NCBI GenBank assembly: GCA_044892505.1
Contig: CM097883.1
Location: 228,904,001-228,968,000, forward strand
Direction of reading: 5' to 3'
Origin: Schmidtea nova
Taxonomy: Eukaryota
DNA length: 64,000 nucleotides
Of this stretch, positions 10,467 through 21,710 are shown piece by piece. A model generated the notes under the pieces. It saw only the letters and a program-made list of their open reading frames with translations, was not told where the DNA came from and searched no databases. The translations under genes and the position numbers were made by a program. How positions within the stretch are numbered: the first letter of the stretch is position 1; every line of letters starts with the position of its first letter.

Positions 10467-12843
10467 TTAAATTTTGTAGATCAACAGTATTTGTGGCAAC
10501 AAGAGCAATGTCATCAGCATATGCCAATACTTGTACAGAAGATGTACCAATCATGAATGGATTAATGTTAGATGAAGTGACAGCATTCAGTACAGGGTTT
10601 ATGGCAATTGCAAAGAGGATCATTGATTTTGGACAACCTTGCTTGACTCCTTGTTTAATTTCAATGTTTGGAGACTGGAGTTTATTACAGCAGTAAAATG
10701 AACTTGTTCCAGTATGCAAAAGTTTGATTATATCAACAAAGTCATGTGGAACACTTCCAAAGGCATCCTTTATATCCAGCCAAGCAATAGAAACTGGTGA
10801 TGATTTGAGAGATTTGGTGTATTCATCAATCGCAGAAAGCACTGAATTATGTTCAATGCAACCTTCATATTCTGAACCACCTTTCTGGCCAATATGCAAC
10901 ATGAAGTTATCTTTTGTCCAGGTGCCAAGACATTTTGCAAGAATAGAAGCAAAGACTTTATAGATTACTGAAAGAAGAGCAATTGGACGCCATGAGGAGA
11001 CTTTATGATACTGTCCATTTTTATCAGGCTTAGGAATTAAAATTGTTTTGAATGATTTCCAGCTAGTTGGAATCATCTTTGTTTTGATAATTTTATTATA
11101 GAGAAATGATAAAAGTTTTCCCTCAGGATCAAGTAAAGCAAGGTCTTTATAGCATATATTATCGAGTCCTGGTGAAGTATTATCAGCTTTCTGAAGGATA
11201 GATAAGACATCTTTAGGCGTAATTTTATCTAGATTTAATGTTATTTTAGAGATTTTACTAAATTTATGAATATTCTCCCAATTATTAATTAAAGGATCAG
11301 GTAGACTGAATGAGTCGATTATATCCTGAAAGCTAGGTTCCTCAGACACGCTGTCATCATTTAATATTCTATATACTGTCCCTTTCATATTACTCATGAA
11401 TTCAGTAGAATTTTTAAATTTATTTACTTTATTAAATTTTGTCCCTAAATATGGTGTAGGGATTTTATGCTTAATTTGATTTTGAAGTCGTGGAATATTA
11501 TCGATTATGGTGTTGATAATCTCGTCTAAATTGGAATTTGACAATTTAATTAAAAGTCTATTTACCTTTTCCTTACGCTGAAGTAAATTTAATTTTGAGG
11601 CCCTAACTGCTTTTAATTTGATGCGTCTCTCATCTTTGACATTATCGATTTTGTTAATTATTGGAACTAAAGATTCGATAACATTACCAATTTCATGTAA
11701 CTTTATATTTGTCAAGGGAATATCCAGCGTAAAGTTTCGAATAAAGGCACAGATTAGTAGTTTACTGAAAAGCCCAGACCCCTTTATGTCATGAGGACAT
11801 GTAACATTAATCATTGCACGTCCAACGCTTTCTCTCAACTCATTGATTTTAAGTCGTATCCTATTGCAGTAGCGTTCTGTAATCGGATTTATTTCAAGAG
11901 TTACTGGACTTAAAATGTAGTGTTGATCTGCTTCATAATCAATTACCATAAGTAAATCATGAACTGTTGGAGGGGAAATTATTGTAAAAATTACGTCTGC
12001 TTTCATCATAGACTCAATATTCAAAAAGTCCTTCAAATATTGAGTGCAATCATCAAAGATTGCAATGCATAACATTTTGTTAAACAGGATATATTTGTCA
12101 GATAATTTTAGATTAGTAAAATATTCATCTATGATGTTACCAGTTATTTTACCATTGATTAGACTGAGGCCAGGAGAAATTTCGCTGCACGCTTTGCATT
12201 TAATTTTACTAAGCACAACAAACACTTTATCATGATCGGCAATTCTCTGAAAAACTAATCTTTCAACTAGCACAATGAACATTGATGCAAAGTATTTATT
12301 ATCATAAGAGAAGAATGTTGTATGCGAAATTTCATGATTAGCCTCAAATTCAATTCTTCGATTAAGAAAAAATTGATTGAGATAATCAGTAATTTTTCCG
12401 CCAATTTCCCTTAGCCTCTCATCTATATTTCGATAATTAAAATCAAAAATATAGCTTTTGTTTAATTTAGTAGAATAGATAAAAAGGCACCAGTCATTGA
12501 ATTTAGGGATAATACTGATGACATGTTCAATTCCTTTAAATTGTTTGAAAGTTACGTTGTCTTTTATATAGTTGTCATTTTGCGCAATAAGATTATTTGT
12601 TAATTCCACACTCAGAACTGCTATTTGAGTATTAGTCTCATAATATTTCGTAATTAAGGATGATATGCATGGATTTTCGTTCATTAAGATTTTGGCAACT
12701 TTTACAGAGTTATTTATTGCTTTCTTTTTAGCAATTGCTTTTTTGATATTAATTGCTGTTACATCCATTGGCCGATTAGCTCCCCCTAACAATTTCGGCG
12801 TCATCTGCTTTTTGGTCTTCTCTAATTTCTTTGATGAACCCAT
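10396..12843 (-). CDS. two degenerate Ulp1-like domains plus non-LTR reverse transcriptase
   Basis: SPGLDNI, WK...ILIPK, WRPIALLSVIYKVF, QKG, WLDIKDAFGSVPH, GVKQGCP.S..LF and LAYADDI are all present. Confidence 0.92.
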   Translation of the reverse strand: MGSSKKLEKTKKQMTPKLLGGANRPMDVTAINIKKAIAKKKAINNSVKVAKILMNENPCISSLITKYYETNTQIAVLSVELTNNLIAQNDNYIKDNVTFKQFKGIEHVISIIPKFNDWCLFIYSTKLNKSYIFDFNYRNIDERLREIGGKITDYLNQFFLNRRIEFEANHEISHTTFFSYDNKYFASMFIVLVERLVFQRIADHDKVFVVLSKIKCKACSEISPGLSLINGKITGNIIDEYFTNLKLSDKYILFNKMLCIAIFDDCTQYLKDFLNIESMMKADVIFTIISPPTVHDLLMVIDYEADQHYILSPVTLEINPITERYCNRIRLKINELRESVGRAMINVTCPHDIKGSGLFSKLLICAFIRNFTLDIPLTNIKLHEIGNVIESLVPIINKIDNVKDERRIKLKAVRASKLNLLQRKEKVNRLLIKLSNSNLDEIINTIIDNIPRLQNQIKHKIPTPYLGTKFNKVNKFKNSTEFMSNMKGTVYRILNDDSVSEEPSFQDIIDSFSLPDPLINNWENIHKFSKISKITLNLDKITPKDVLSILQKADNTSPGLDNICYKDLALLDPEGKLLSFLYNKIIKTKMIPTSWKSFKTILIPKPDKNGQYHKVSSWRPIALLSVIYKVFASILAKCLGTWTKDNFMLHIGQKGGSEYEGCIEHNSVLSAIDEYTKSLKSSPVSIAWLDIKDAFGSVPHDFVDIIKLLHTGTSSFYCCNKLQSPNIEIKQGVKQGCPKSMILFAIAINPVLNAVTSSNINPFMIGTSSVQVLAYADDIALVATNTVDLQNLIDVSVNTAKEIGFEYRPEKCAYI

Positions 12844-13390
12844 CTGGAAAGTAGTTCCACTCTCTGCTAATAATCACTGCATAAGCGCAAGTGAAAGGCC
12901 CACAGTCGAAGTTGTTGTCTTGGTATTTAAGATAGTTGTGGGGATTTGATAATATTCTCGCGTTTAAGTTGAAGTGCATATTGAGTGCAATGTTCAATTT
13001 TCGAGCCATTTGTTTATTGATCAGCTTGTTGCGAATATTAAAAATTGGATCAATGAAGTAGGAAGACAGAGATTTTCTACAATAGACAAAAAGGATCCAA
13101 TGTGAGTTGTTGATGTTGATGGGACAGAAGATAACTTCGGCTCTTGTAAGTGATGGTGGTATTGGAACAATCTCTTCTTGAATGTTTGAACAGAGAATGC
13201 TCACTAGATAACATTTGATATGTGCATGGATTGGATTTTCAATGTGGTTCTCCAGATACCAGTCAATATCATCATCGGCAAACCACATTTCAGGATCGCG
13301 ATCTTTATGCAATAAACTATTAATAATTATTGTGCTCTCTGCATCAGTCTCATTTGGAGAAACGACTGAGACTTGAGCTGATGCAGGCAC
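12776..13390 (-). CDS. Ulp1/SENP-like cysteine protease (peptidase C48)
   Basis: WFADDDIDWY, IFCPININNSHWILF (His), YFIDP (Asp), YQDNNFDCGPF (oxyanion Gln and catalytic Cys). Confidence 0.88.
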   Translation of the reverse strand: MPASAQVSVVSPNETDAESTIIINSLLHKDRDPEMWFADDDIDWYLENHIENPIHAHIKCYLVSILCSNIQEEIVPIPPSLTRAEVIFCPININNSHWILFVYCRKSLSSYFIDPIFNIRNKLINKQMARKLNIALNMHFNLNARILSNPHNYLKYQDNNFDCGPFTCAYAVIISREWNYFPDGFIKEIREDQKADDAEIVRGS

Positions 13391-13396
13391 ACATCC

Positions 13397-15524
13397 TCAT
13401 TTAGCAATTGAGGTTTGTTTTTTTAAAGCTGTTGTTTTTGATTTTGATGCAGTTTTTTTGGTTATTTTCTGAGTTTCATTTACGCAGTCAGTGTTGGATT
13501 CTAAACTGGTAATGGCATTTAGTAAGCAGTTTCCACAGACATTAACATTTACTCCTTCTTTAATAACTAGGCATTTTTCCAGTGTGTTTCCACATTTAAT
13601 GCACTTGATATCGTCGTTTATTATTATGACTTCTTGCGTATTGACGATTTCAACAGGTTCTTCAATGTTGTCAATATTTTCTTCTATTTTGTCTTCAATA
13701 TTAACTTTATTAACAATTTGCGTCAGTTCTTTGACGATATTCGAAATTTCATTTGCCATTTCCGACGTGCAATGTTTTTTGCAGTTTTCAAAGAGACGAA
13801 ACTTTTGATTTTGGCTTCTTAATCTTTTAAAGTCTCTCAACATAAAATAGATAAATCTCTTTGATTTTGATCCATGCATATCATCGGAAACCTTGATATT
13901 ATTTAAAGTTTCCATTAATTTATTTACAATTTTACCGTGTTCGATTTCATTCGGATATTTTATGTCAACAATATCAAGAAAGATGTTTAGAGAAGATATC
14001 GTTTCAGGAGAAATTAAGTTGTGAATCTTATTAATTTCACCAGATATCTTCCATTGTTTGAGTTTAAGGAGCTTTTCCTGGCAACTTACAAAATAATATG
14101 ACAATTTTGGGATTTTTTCAACAATATTTGCACCCCAACATTCAAAGTCATCTATTGGAAGTAACGATATATCGTTTAGTGAACATGTCGATGTTATCAA
14201 GCTGCAGTTTCTTATGTAGTTTCTAACATAGTCAGCATATGTTTGATTTTGTAAAAATTCAAGAGACCCTGTTAGTCCTAAATAATTAAGATAAAAAACA
14301 ATTTCAACAGTTTTAGAATGACAGTTGTTTTTTAACAAAAGCAATTTTAAATTGTCATCATTGTTGGACATTGCCACAAGATCAAATAGTCCAAGATTGA
14401 ACATAATATCAGGTGCAGAACTTATTTCAGTTTTAGTTTCCTTCGATTGGTAAAATTTCCCATCCTGATAGAAGATGTTGTTTGGAAATTTACTATTTTT
14501 AACAATAGAAGATGATTTTGATACTGAATTCTCAACAAAGCAAGCTTCTTTGATAGAAGGAAACGTTGAATATAGTTTACTAGTCTGAGATCTCGAAAGT
14601 TCACTAACATTATTCATCAAACAGTCAATATTTTCTGTAGATTTAATATCTGGATTTGTCAGATCTAGCAGAACAAAATCACCGTTTTCGTATTTTATTT
14701 TAGACCTTATCAAGTAATTAGGCAGTTGTTGGCTATTTATCAATTCAGTTAATATTTTATTGATTTTATTTCCCATCTGCTTCTCATCTTTTATTGATAC
14801 AGTTTCAGCTAAATCTGCAGATAAATTAAAAAGAAACTTTTTAATTGACATAGGAGCAGAAGTATAGACTGAAGAAGGAAATATTTTAATTATATTATCA
14901 TCACTTAAAGTTATTCTTTTAGCCGATACTTCAGGTTTATAAGATTTCAATTTATTTCGATTTTCATTATTATTTGATACAGAATTACTTTCAATATTCA
15001 GAGCCACACATAAATTTGAATTTCTGTAAAAAAAATATCCAAATTCATGGATATTTATGGGGTTATTTCTCAATTCACTTGTTAATAAAAAGTTGTTTAT
15101 TTTATTTAATTTTTCTCTAGATTCTTTAAGTTTAACTAGAGTAATAATTTCAGGGAAAGCTTTGAAAAGTCGCTGCCGTTCCCGTCTTGTAATTATACGG
15201 ACAAACTTTTTAAAAGTATATGAATTTTTAGTATTAGTTATTTGTTTGTCTATAATATTTTGAACTTTCACAGATTTCTGGTTGCCTGTGACAGAAATCT
15301 TCAAATTTTGTATTAGGGTAATTTTAGCTTTAGAATTTTGTGATTTCTCTTCAGAATTTATTTCAGGATTTTCTAATTTAGATATCTTGTCGTAACGTAA
15401 ATAATTATTTGATATTAGTTTATTATCTAAATTAATTAAGTTATTTACATTATCTTTATTTAAATTCAAAATATCGCAATCATTTTTATTTACATTAGAT
15501 TTAATATTACTATTAATATTATTA

Positions 15525-15598
<74 letters not shown>

Positions 15599-15610
15599 TC
15601 CATATGACAT
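13397..15610 (-). CDS. 737-aa N-terminal part of the NeSL ORF; unknown function, ends in CxxC..CxxC
   Basis: Long open frame in the same frame as the Ulp1 ORF (TGA GGA TGT GTG). CIKC...CGNC lies near the C-terminus. It starts within the (AAT)n tract. Confidence 0.65.
15517..15598. repeat. (AAT)n microsatellite encoding poly-Asn
   Basis: Directly visible. Confidence 0.95.
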
Positions 15611-16404
15611 TTAATTTGTCTGTTTTCGACTATGATTTCGTCGAATTTGCCGATTACGGTGTTTAATAATTTGTTTATGTTGTCGTTAGTTTCGTTGTTT
15701 TTGTTGTATACGGGGTTATTGTAGTGCGGTTTGTTTTTGTTGTTGTTTTGGGTGCTGCATATAGTCGGATAGATTTCCTCGTTGATCTTATCCGCTATGT
15801 TGGCAAGCGTTTCCACGTCAGCGTTGTTGCTGGCTGCCAGAATTCTCCTGATTTCTGGTGGCATTGCTCTCTTGAAAAATTCTTTCACCAGTTCGTTGGA
15901 GCCTGAATTTGTGATGTTGGGTTGGAGGTATTCTAATTTTTGCTTAAGTTGTCGGAGAAAATCTGTTGGTTTATTGTCGCCTAATTGCGTGTTATTGAGG
16001 CATGACTCCAGCATTTGTCTCCTGTTTATTTTGTTTTTATTCGTAAGGATGTTACACAGTTTGTTAAAGGGGTCCTCATCCTTAGAGATTTCTTCGATCT
16101 GATCCGCTATTTCATTTAGTTTGTTGCTGGGGAGTGCGGCTATAATGTTTGAGCATAGGGTTTTTGTGGATTTTATTCCTGACAATGTTAATGTTAATTT
16201 AGCAAATTCCAGCCATTTTTGTGGAGTGCCGTTTTCATCGGTGAAGTAGTTTGGTAAGTTGGGTTTTGGGTTAATTACCGAATTTATGGTATGTGTGTTT
16301 TCGGGGTTGTAATAGTAGTTGTTATTTTGGTGTTGGGATTGTGCATTTTCGCTGTCTATGGGTGCTTGGGTAATGTTTGTTTGGTTTAGTTGGTTGGTTG
16401 CCAT
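15605..16404 (-). CDS. Ty3/gypsy Gag (CsRn1/Kabuki-like), C-terminally truncated
   Basis: LGDNKPTDFLRQL, LVKEFFKRAMPPEIRRILA and VETLANIADKI match this gag type. It lies downstream of an LTR and PBS on the same strand. The poly-Ile tail in the ORF track is a frame artefact of (AAT)n. Confidence 0.8.
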
Positions 16405-16572
16405 CGTTTTTGTTTATGTGTTGCTTGTTGATGCAAAAAATCGAGTTTGTTTCAAGGATATGGCTTACTGTGTTCAGCCAAAAGATCTCACCTTCCTTTA
16501 TAGTTCTATACTAACTATTCTAAAAGGAAAAGGTGATTTGAGAAAAATTTCGTCGAGTGTGTGTATGTGTTG

Positions 16573-16585
16573 ACTTCTGACACCA
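16573..16585 (-). promoter_or_regulatory. primer-binding site, tRNA-Leu(CAA)-type
   Basis: TGGTGTCAGAAGT immediately follows the LTR and is complementary to a tRNA 3' end ...ACTTCTGACACCA. Confidence 0.8.
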
Positions 16586-17453
16586 GTTATTATAAGTCTT
16601 AGTGCGGTTGTTGTTTGTGTTTTTAATTTGTTGTGTATGAAGGTGGAGAAAAATTGTAGATCCCGAGAGAGTCAGACGTTAACAATGTGTCGACACTCGG
16701 GGTGTGTGCTGTGTAGTGCGGTTACTAATATGATGTAATAACAATTAAATATAAAAAGTATATAAATTACCAAAAAATGAACAGAACTATTTTGATTACA
16801 AATATTTATTAATAACCAAATAATAAAAAACCACGAAAGGTTACTTGTACAGTTTTTCTCCTTTAGCTTCTTCACAATTTAGCAGCCGTCGACGAGGGAA
16901 ATTGTAAATTGGAAGAATATATGAACTTTGATAAATATATGAACTTTGAATATATGAACTTGAATATATGATCGACGAGGGAGATTGTAAATTGGAAGAA
17001 TATATGAACTTTGATAAATATATGAACTTTGAATATATGAACTTGAATATATGATCGACGAGGGAGATTGTAAATTGGAAGAATATATGAACTTTGATAA
17101 ATATATGAACTTTGAATATATGAACTTGAATATATGATCGACGAGGGAGATTGTAAATTGGAAGAATATATGAACTTTGATAAATAATTCTTTTAATTCT
17201 TCCTTAGTTTTCTTTTATTTCTTACAGCTAATTATCTCTTGTGATCTAATAAAATTCTAAATCAATTTTTAATTAATTTTTTTCAATTCTGAATTCAGCT
17301 TACTATAGTTTCCTATAGTAAGCTATTTGAATTCAGAATTTAAATTTCTTAATTAAATTATTTTATTATTTTATTTTTTTACATTTATAAAAAATAAAAG
17401 GGGGGTTCCTGGTGTCCGCAAGGGCACCGTCCATAGTAATGACGGCGCTTACA
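16586..17453 (-). repeat. 5' LTR, family B (copy 2)
   Basis: Begins TGTAAGCGCC at 17453, ends ...ATAAC directly before the PBS, and shares motifs with 4254-5083. Confidence 0.7.
16890..17185. repeat. 83-bp tandem repeat, about 3.5 copies, with nested aatatatgaactt(t)g sub-repeats
   Basis: Units start at 16890, 16973, 17056 and 17139 and are nearly identical. Confidence 0.95.
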
Positions 17454-17471
17454 AACAAAAATCTAACATTC

Positions 17472-17554
<83 letters not shown>

Positions 17555-17789
17555 TCCAAGATAATTAAAAAAGAAAAATATCTGTTTTAATAATATATAT
17601 TTTTGAACGAAAGCGTGNNNNNNNNNNNNNNNNNNNNNNNNNNNNNNNNNNNNNNNNNNNNNNNNNNNNNNNNNNNNNNNNNNNNNNNNNNNNNNNNNNN
17701 NNNNNNNNNNNNNNNNNNNNNNNNNNNNNNNNNNNNNNNNNNNNNNNNNNNNNNNNNNNNNNNNNNNNNNNNNNNNNNNNNNNNNNNNN

Positions 17790-18250
17790 TGTTGGGACAC
17801 TCGGGGTGTATGCATATATGCTTTTATGTGTGGTGCTTGTATATTTGATTATGTTATTATAATGACAAATATCGAACAAATTAGTTAACGAAACGAGTTA
17901 TACAAAAACGTTTATTAAAGTTAACACTATGAAACTAAAAAGATATTTACTCACTGAAACGCTTCTTTGGAATATTTAGAAATGTTCTTTATATATTTTA
18001 GAGTTGATTATTAAATTTTTCTGATTTTTGTCTACTCTTTAGTAATTGCGGTTGTTACAGATTTTCGGATTTTCTCAGATAATTGCTAGTAGGTTCCAAG
18101 ATAAATATATTTTAAAATATTCTTTCGTATTTGTAATTTTTGAGGTGATAATTTTGCAACATGTCCCCAAATAGTATGTGTCTACCATTGTGAACCGAGA
18201 GAGGAAATAAAAATAAATTATTTATTTAATTATTTTGATCCACTAATAAA
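17790..18250 (-). repeat. LTR family B, partial copy 3
   Basis: gacactcggggtgtatgc is the same LTR motif. It starts at the edge of an N-gap; the right boundary is approximate. Confidence 0.45.
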
Positions 18251-19010
18251 GCTGAATTTTAACAACAATATGTATGTTGCTTATGATTTAACAACGAATT
18301 ACAAATATCCCTGGTTAATAACCAAACAGCAATATCAGGAAAATAATACAAAAATACAACATCAAATTGAAATTGAAATTTGGACAAAAAGATAAATAAT
18401 AAAATATCAATAGAATCAATAATAAAAGATATCAATGTATATTGGGAACCCCAGGAATCCCACCAAGTGAAAATTATCTTTCAAAAATAAACAATCGATA
18501 CGCTAAATCTCAAGAAACCCTATGTACATTATGTTAATTTAGAATTGTTCAAAACATATAATATCGTCATTCATTATTATGAAAAAGCATTACGGGAAAA
18601 TTTTACCGAAATTGATAATCAATGGTTCACAATTTGTTCCAGTCAACAATCTGTGACACTGGTGAATGAAACAAATCCGGTCATCTTTGAGTATTGAAAT
18701 CAGAAATTAAACGCATACCGATAAGCGGAAGTTAATAAAAGTCGAAATTTATTACTGCGGGAAAATTTAAGCAAGTAACATTACACATAAAATTTTATAT
18801 TTTCAAAGATTAAGATCTATATCGAATTCAAAATTTGTGATGATGAAAATCAAATACTATCGATTAAATTCTCATTCCAAACAATGGCAGATCACTCTTG
18901 TCGAAAACAAACTTGTTCGAGTTTCATATAACATTATTGATATTAATGATTCAAAAAACAATTATCTATATAAAAATATGACTAAAGAATTTCAAACGAC
19001 AATCACTCCT

Positions 19011-19089
<79 letters not shown>

Positions 19090-19092
<3 letters not shown>

Positions 19093-19495
19093 CGGCGGAA
19101 CTGCTGGACGCAGGACCCTGCGTTGCGGGGGGGCCTACCAGCTATAGGGGGCCCTCATATAAAAAAAATTATACTCTCAATAATATTTATACTATAAAAC
19201 TCTTTTCCGCAGGTATAGTGGGCCCTAAAATATAAAACTTGGATAAAAAAATGTCATCCATCGTATTAAAATATATTGTTCAAAAATTTATTTTTGTATT
19301 GGAGTGCGTAGTTTACATTTAAACTATTTAAGTTCGGTTAAGTTTTAGTTTCGTTTTTAAGTTATCTTTATCTTTATTTAATTTTTTGTTTTTAAATATG
19401 ATATATGAAATAAATATCTATTTAATATGTGAAGCTTTATTTTTTTAAAAAAAAACATTCTTTTGCGGGGGGGCCCAAATTTTGAAGTTCCGCCA

Positions 19496-19498
<3 letters not shown>
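19090..19498. mobile_element. 409-bp MITE inserted in (TA)n
   Basis: TIRs cagcggcggaact and agttccgccactg match 12/13. (TA)n runs lie on both sides (19015-19089 and 19499-19539). Confidence 0.75.
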
Positions 19499-19542
<44 letters not shown>

Positions 19543-20639
19543 GTGACAATTCTAAGAAAAGTATCATCTTCATCTAATGACAATGCAAAAACATGTATCA
19601 TTTTATCAACTATTATTACTAGTGCAACACCATTTATCATTGTTATTCTTCTCTCGCTACTGATTTGCTTTCAAAGAATAAACAATCGTGCAGTACGTCA
19701 ATCCAGGACACCAAGACCGTGGATTGTTTACGAGGAGGCGTTTGTATAGTGAGACATTTAATTTTGCATGCAATTATAATAATATATTAGTACTGTAATA
19801 GTAGGAACTTTCTTTTATCCATATTTATGTGATTTATTGTAAAATTTGCACTTTCGACCGGAAACAAATTTGATTGGTTGAATAAAAAAATAGAATTGAG
19901 AATATAAGGGAATCCCTAAATTAATAAATTAGAATAAAATTCAAAATTTAAATAGGTAATTAATTTTATTAATATTTATTATTTATACTATTATCAGCCA
20001 GGATAGTATCCCTATGGTACTCCACCTTAGCGATAACGTCAAATTTTAAAAAAAAGCAAAATTTTAAATTATAAATATTTCAGTAATCTAACAGATTCTA
20101 TGGATTCCAAACATTTTTGAAGCCTACCTCAAATTACATTTGAATCACATGGGGCAATGTCAATTTCAAATTGAAGACAACACAAAAATCCCAAATTATC
20201 TAAGAATAAGTGACAGGAGGATAAAAATGAGGATCATTCGAATAAACAAAAAAGCAGGAATAAAGCTGATGAGGGATCGAAAAGCAAGAAATGAAGAGGA
20301 ATTCACATTGAATGTGGTGAAAGGAAAAGTGAAAATGGTAGACGAAAATCAGCAAATATGGTGGGAGCTGCACCATGGATCATCATGGAGAAGGCGAGAA
20401 GAAGCAATAAAAAAGTTGAGAGCAGCAAACGAAGACACAATAATTGTGCTAGAAACAAGATTAAGAAACGGCAGAGAAGAAGTCCCATAAATTGATTCGG
20501 AACTATCAACAGATCCAACATTATTGCCGATATCGGAAAACATGCTTAAAAGAAGGTTATCGTTTATCAGAAAGGAATTAAACCAGGAGGAAATAAGAAA
20601 CAAATAAGAAACAATATGGCACACCAGAAAGTGGACAAA

Positions 20640-21057
20640 TTGGACCATTATCCATCGCAATTATGAACTACTTGGGCAAAATAGTTAAAAATACATACCT
20701 GACGCCGAGAGGAAAGTTCTGGCACTTTCAATCGCGGATCCATGGCATCACAGAATTTGCTAGCAGGAACCAATACGATCAATATTCCGAAATGAAGCAG
20801 GTTCAAAATTTAACTATTGGAAATATATTGGTTGGCCATGATCTGCTTGCGGAATTACGACATCTGAAAATCTGAACGAATCAATTATACGGCATTCGAG
20901 ACTTGTCAACCGCAAAAGCATTACAATTTAAAAGAGTTACACTAAAAGGCGAATTTTTCAAACTGAAGACAGTTGTCGAGGAAATTTTACGAGAACAAAT
21001 ACAAGTTAGCATCCATTCAGCCTAAGACGATGTTAAAAATATTCGAAAAATGTAAAT
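20640..21057 (+). pseudogene. DEDDh 3'-5' exonuclease (REX4/ISG20-like), intronless and disrupted
   Basis: One frame reads SIAIMNYLGKIV...HGITE...ILVGHDL..EL..L*...IRDLS...LK.V.EEIL.EQIQ...HSA*DD, with two in-frame stops. The ExoI D-x-E motif upstream was not recovered. Confidence 0.65.
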
Positions 21058-21710
21058 GAAAATCGAAAATTTATGGATTGATGACATACAAATCCCGAAA
21101 CTAATTCCATCAAAGAAGTATTCATTGAAAGAATATCGAAGAGTACATGCCATAGACGCATTGCAAACGACAAGTACGGCGATTACGACAACCGTTGTCC
21201 TTTCCATAGGAATTGAGAAAATAACAGAGCAAATCGATTTGACAGGATATGGAAATTGATTTGAAAAGTTGGAAATTGAAATTAAAATGGGCAACAGAAA
21301 ATTATCTCGAGGCAATTGAAGAAAACGTTGAGGTAATAACCGGTTTGGCCATCGCAAAAGTTATAATATCATTTGAAAATGGACCAATTTTGCACCTGGA
21401 TAATAGAAACAGAAAATATTTGCAGATTGAAGCCAGTGAAACTATAACGGTAAACGGAATTATTATTAGAAATAGCCTCNNNNNNNNNNNNNNNNNNNNN
21501 NNNNNNNNNNNNNNNNNNNNNNNNNNNNNNNNNNNNNNNNNNNNNNNNNNNNNNNNNNNNNNNNNNNNNNNNNNNNNNNNNNNNNNNNNNNNNNNNNNNN
21601 NNNNNNNNNNNNNNNNNNNNNNNNNNNNNAAATTTCCTTTGCTGTTATTATTGTACCCTGAAATTCAGATTCGGTCAAGGGTAAAGAAGATAAAGTTTTG
21701 ACAGCATTAT

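Larger units (their letters stand above)
8930..15530 (-). mobile_element. NeSL-clade (RLE-type) non-LTR retrotransposon, near full length
   Basis: Domain order is N-terminal domain, Ulp1-like x3, RT, CCHC, RLE. The frame is broken by one stop (13397) and two frameshifts (about 12800 and 10430). A short AT-rich 3' UTR with AATAAA ends near 8935. An Ulp1 protease upstream of RT is the established hallmark of NeSL-1. Confidence 0.85.

Noticed and set aside
15490-15604. Poly-Ile hydrophobic C-terminus of Gag as a membrane anchor
   Set aside because: It is the (AAT)n tract read in the ATA frame after a probable 1-nt frameshift.
10442-16573. Plus-strand ORFs opposite the NeSL and gag frames (e.g. 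10442-10696, 12665-12949, 13491-13808, 15782-16102)
   Set aside because: These are antisense shadows of long minus-strand ORFs with no motifs of their own.
16890-17185. CRISPR-like appearance of regularly spaced repeats
   Set aside because: The units are identical end to end with no unique spacers, there are no cas genes, and the context is a eukaryotic LTR.
20266-20283. CTGATGAG-ggat-CGAAA resembling a minimal hammerhead ribozyme core
   Set aside because: I could not form stem I or stem III with a UH cleavage site from the flanks, and it lies in a coding-like frame (LMRDRK).
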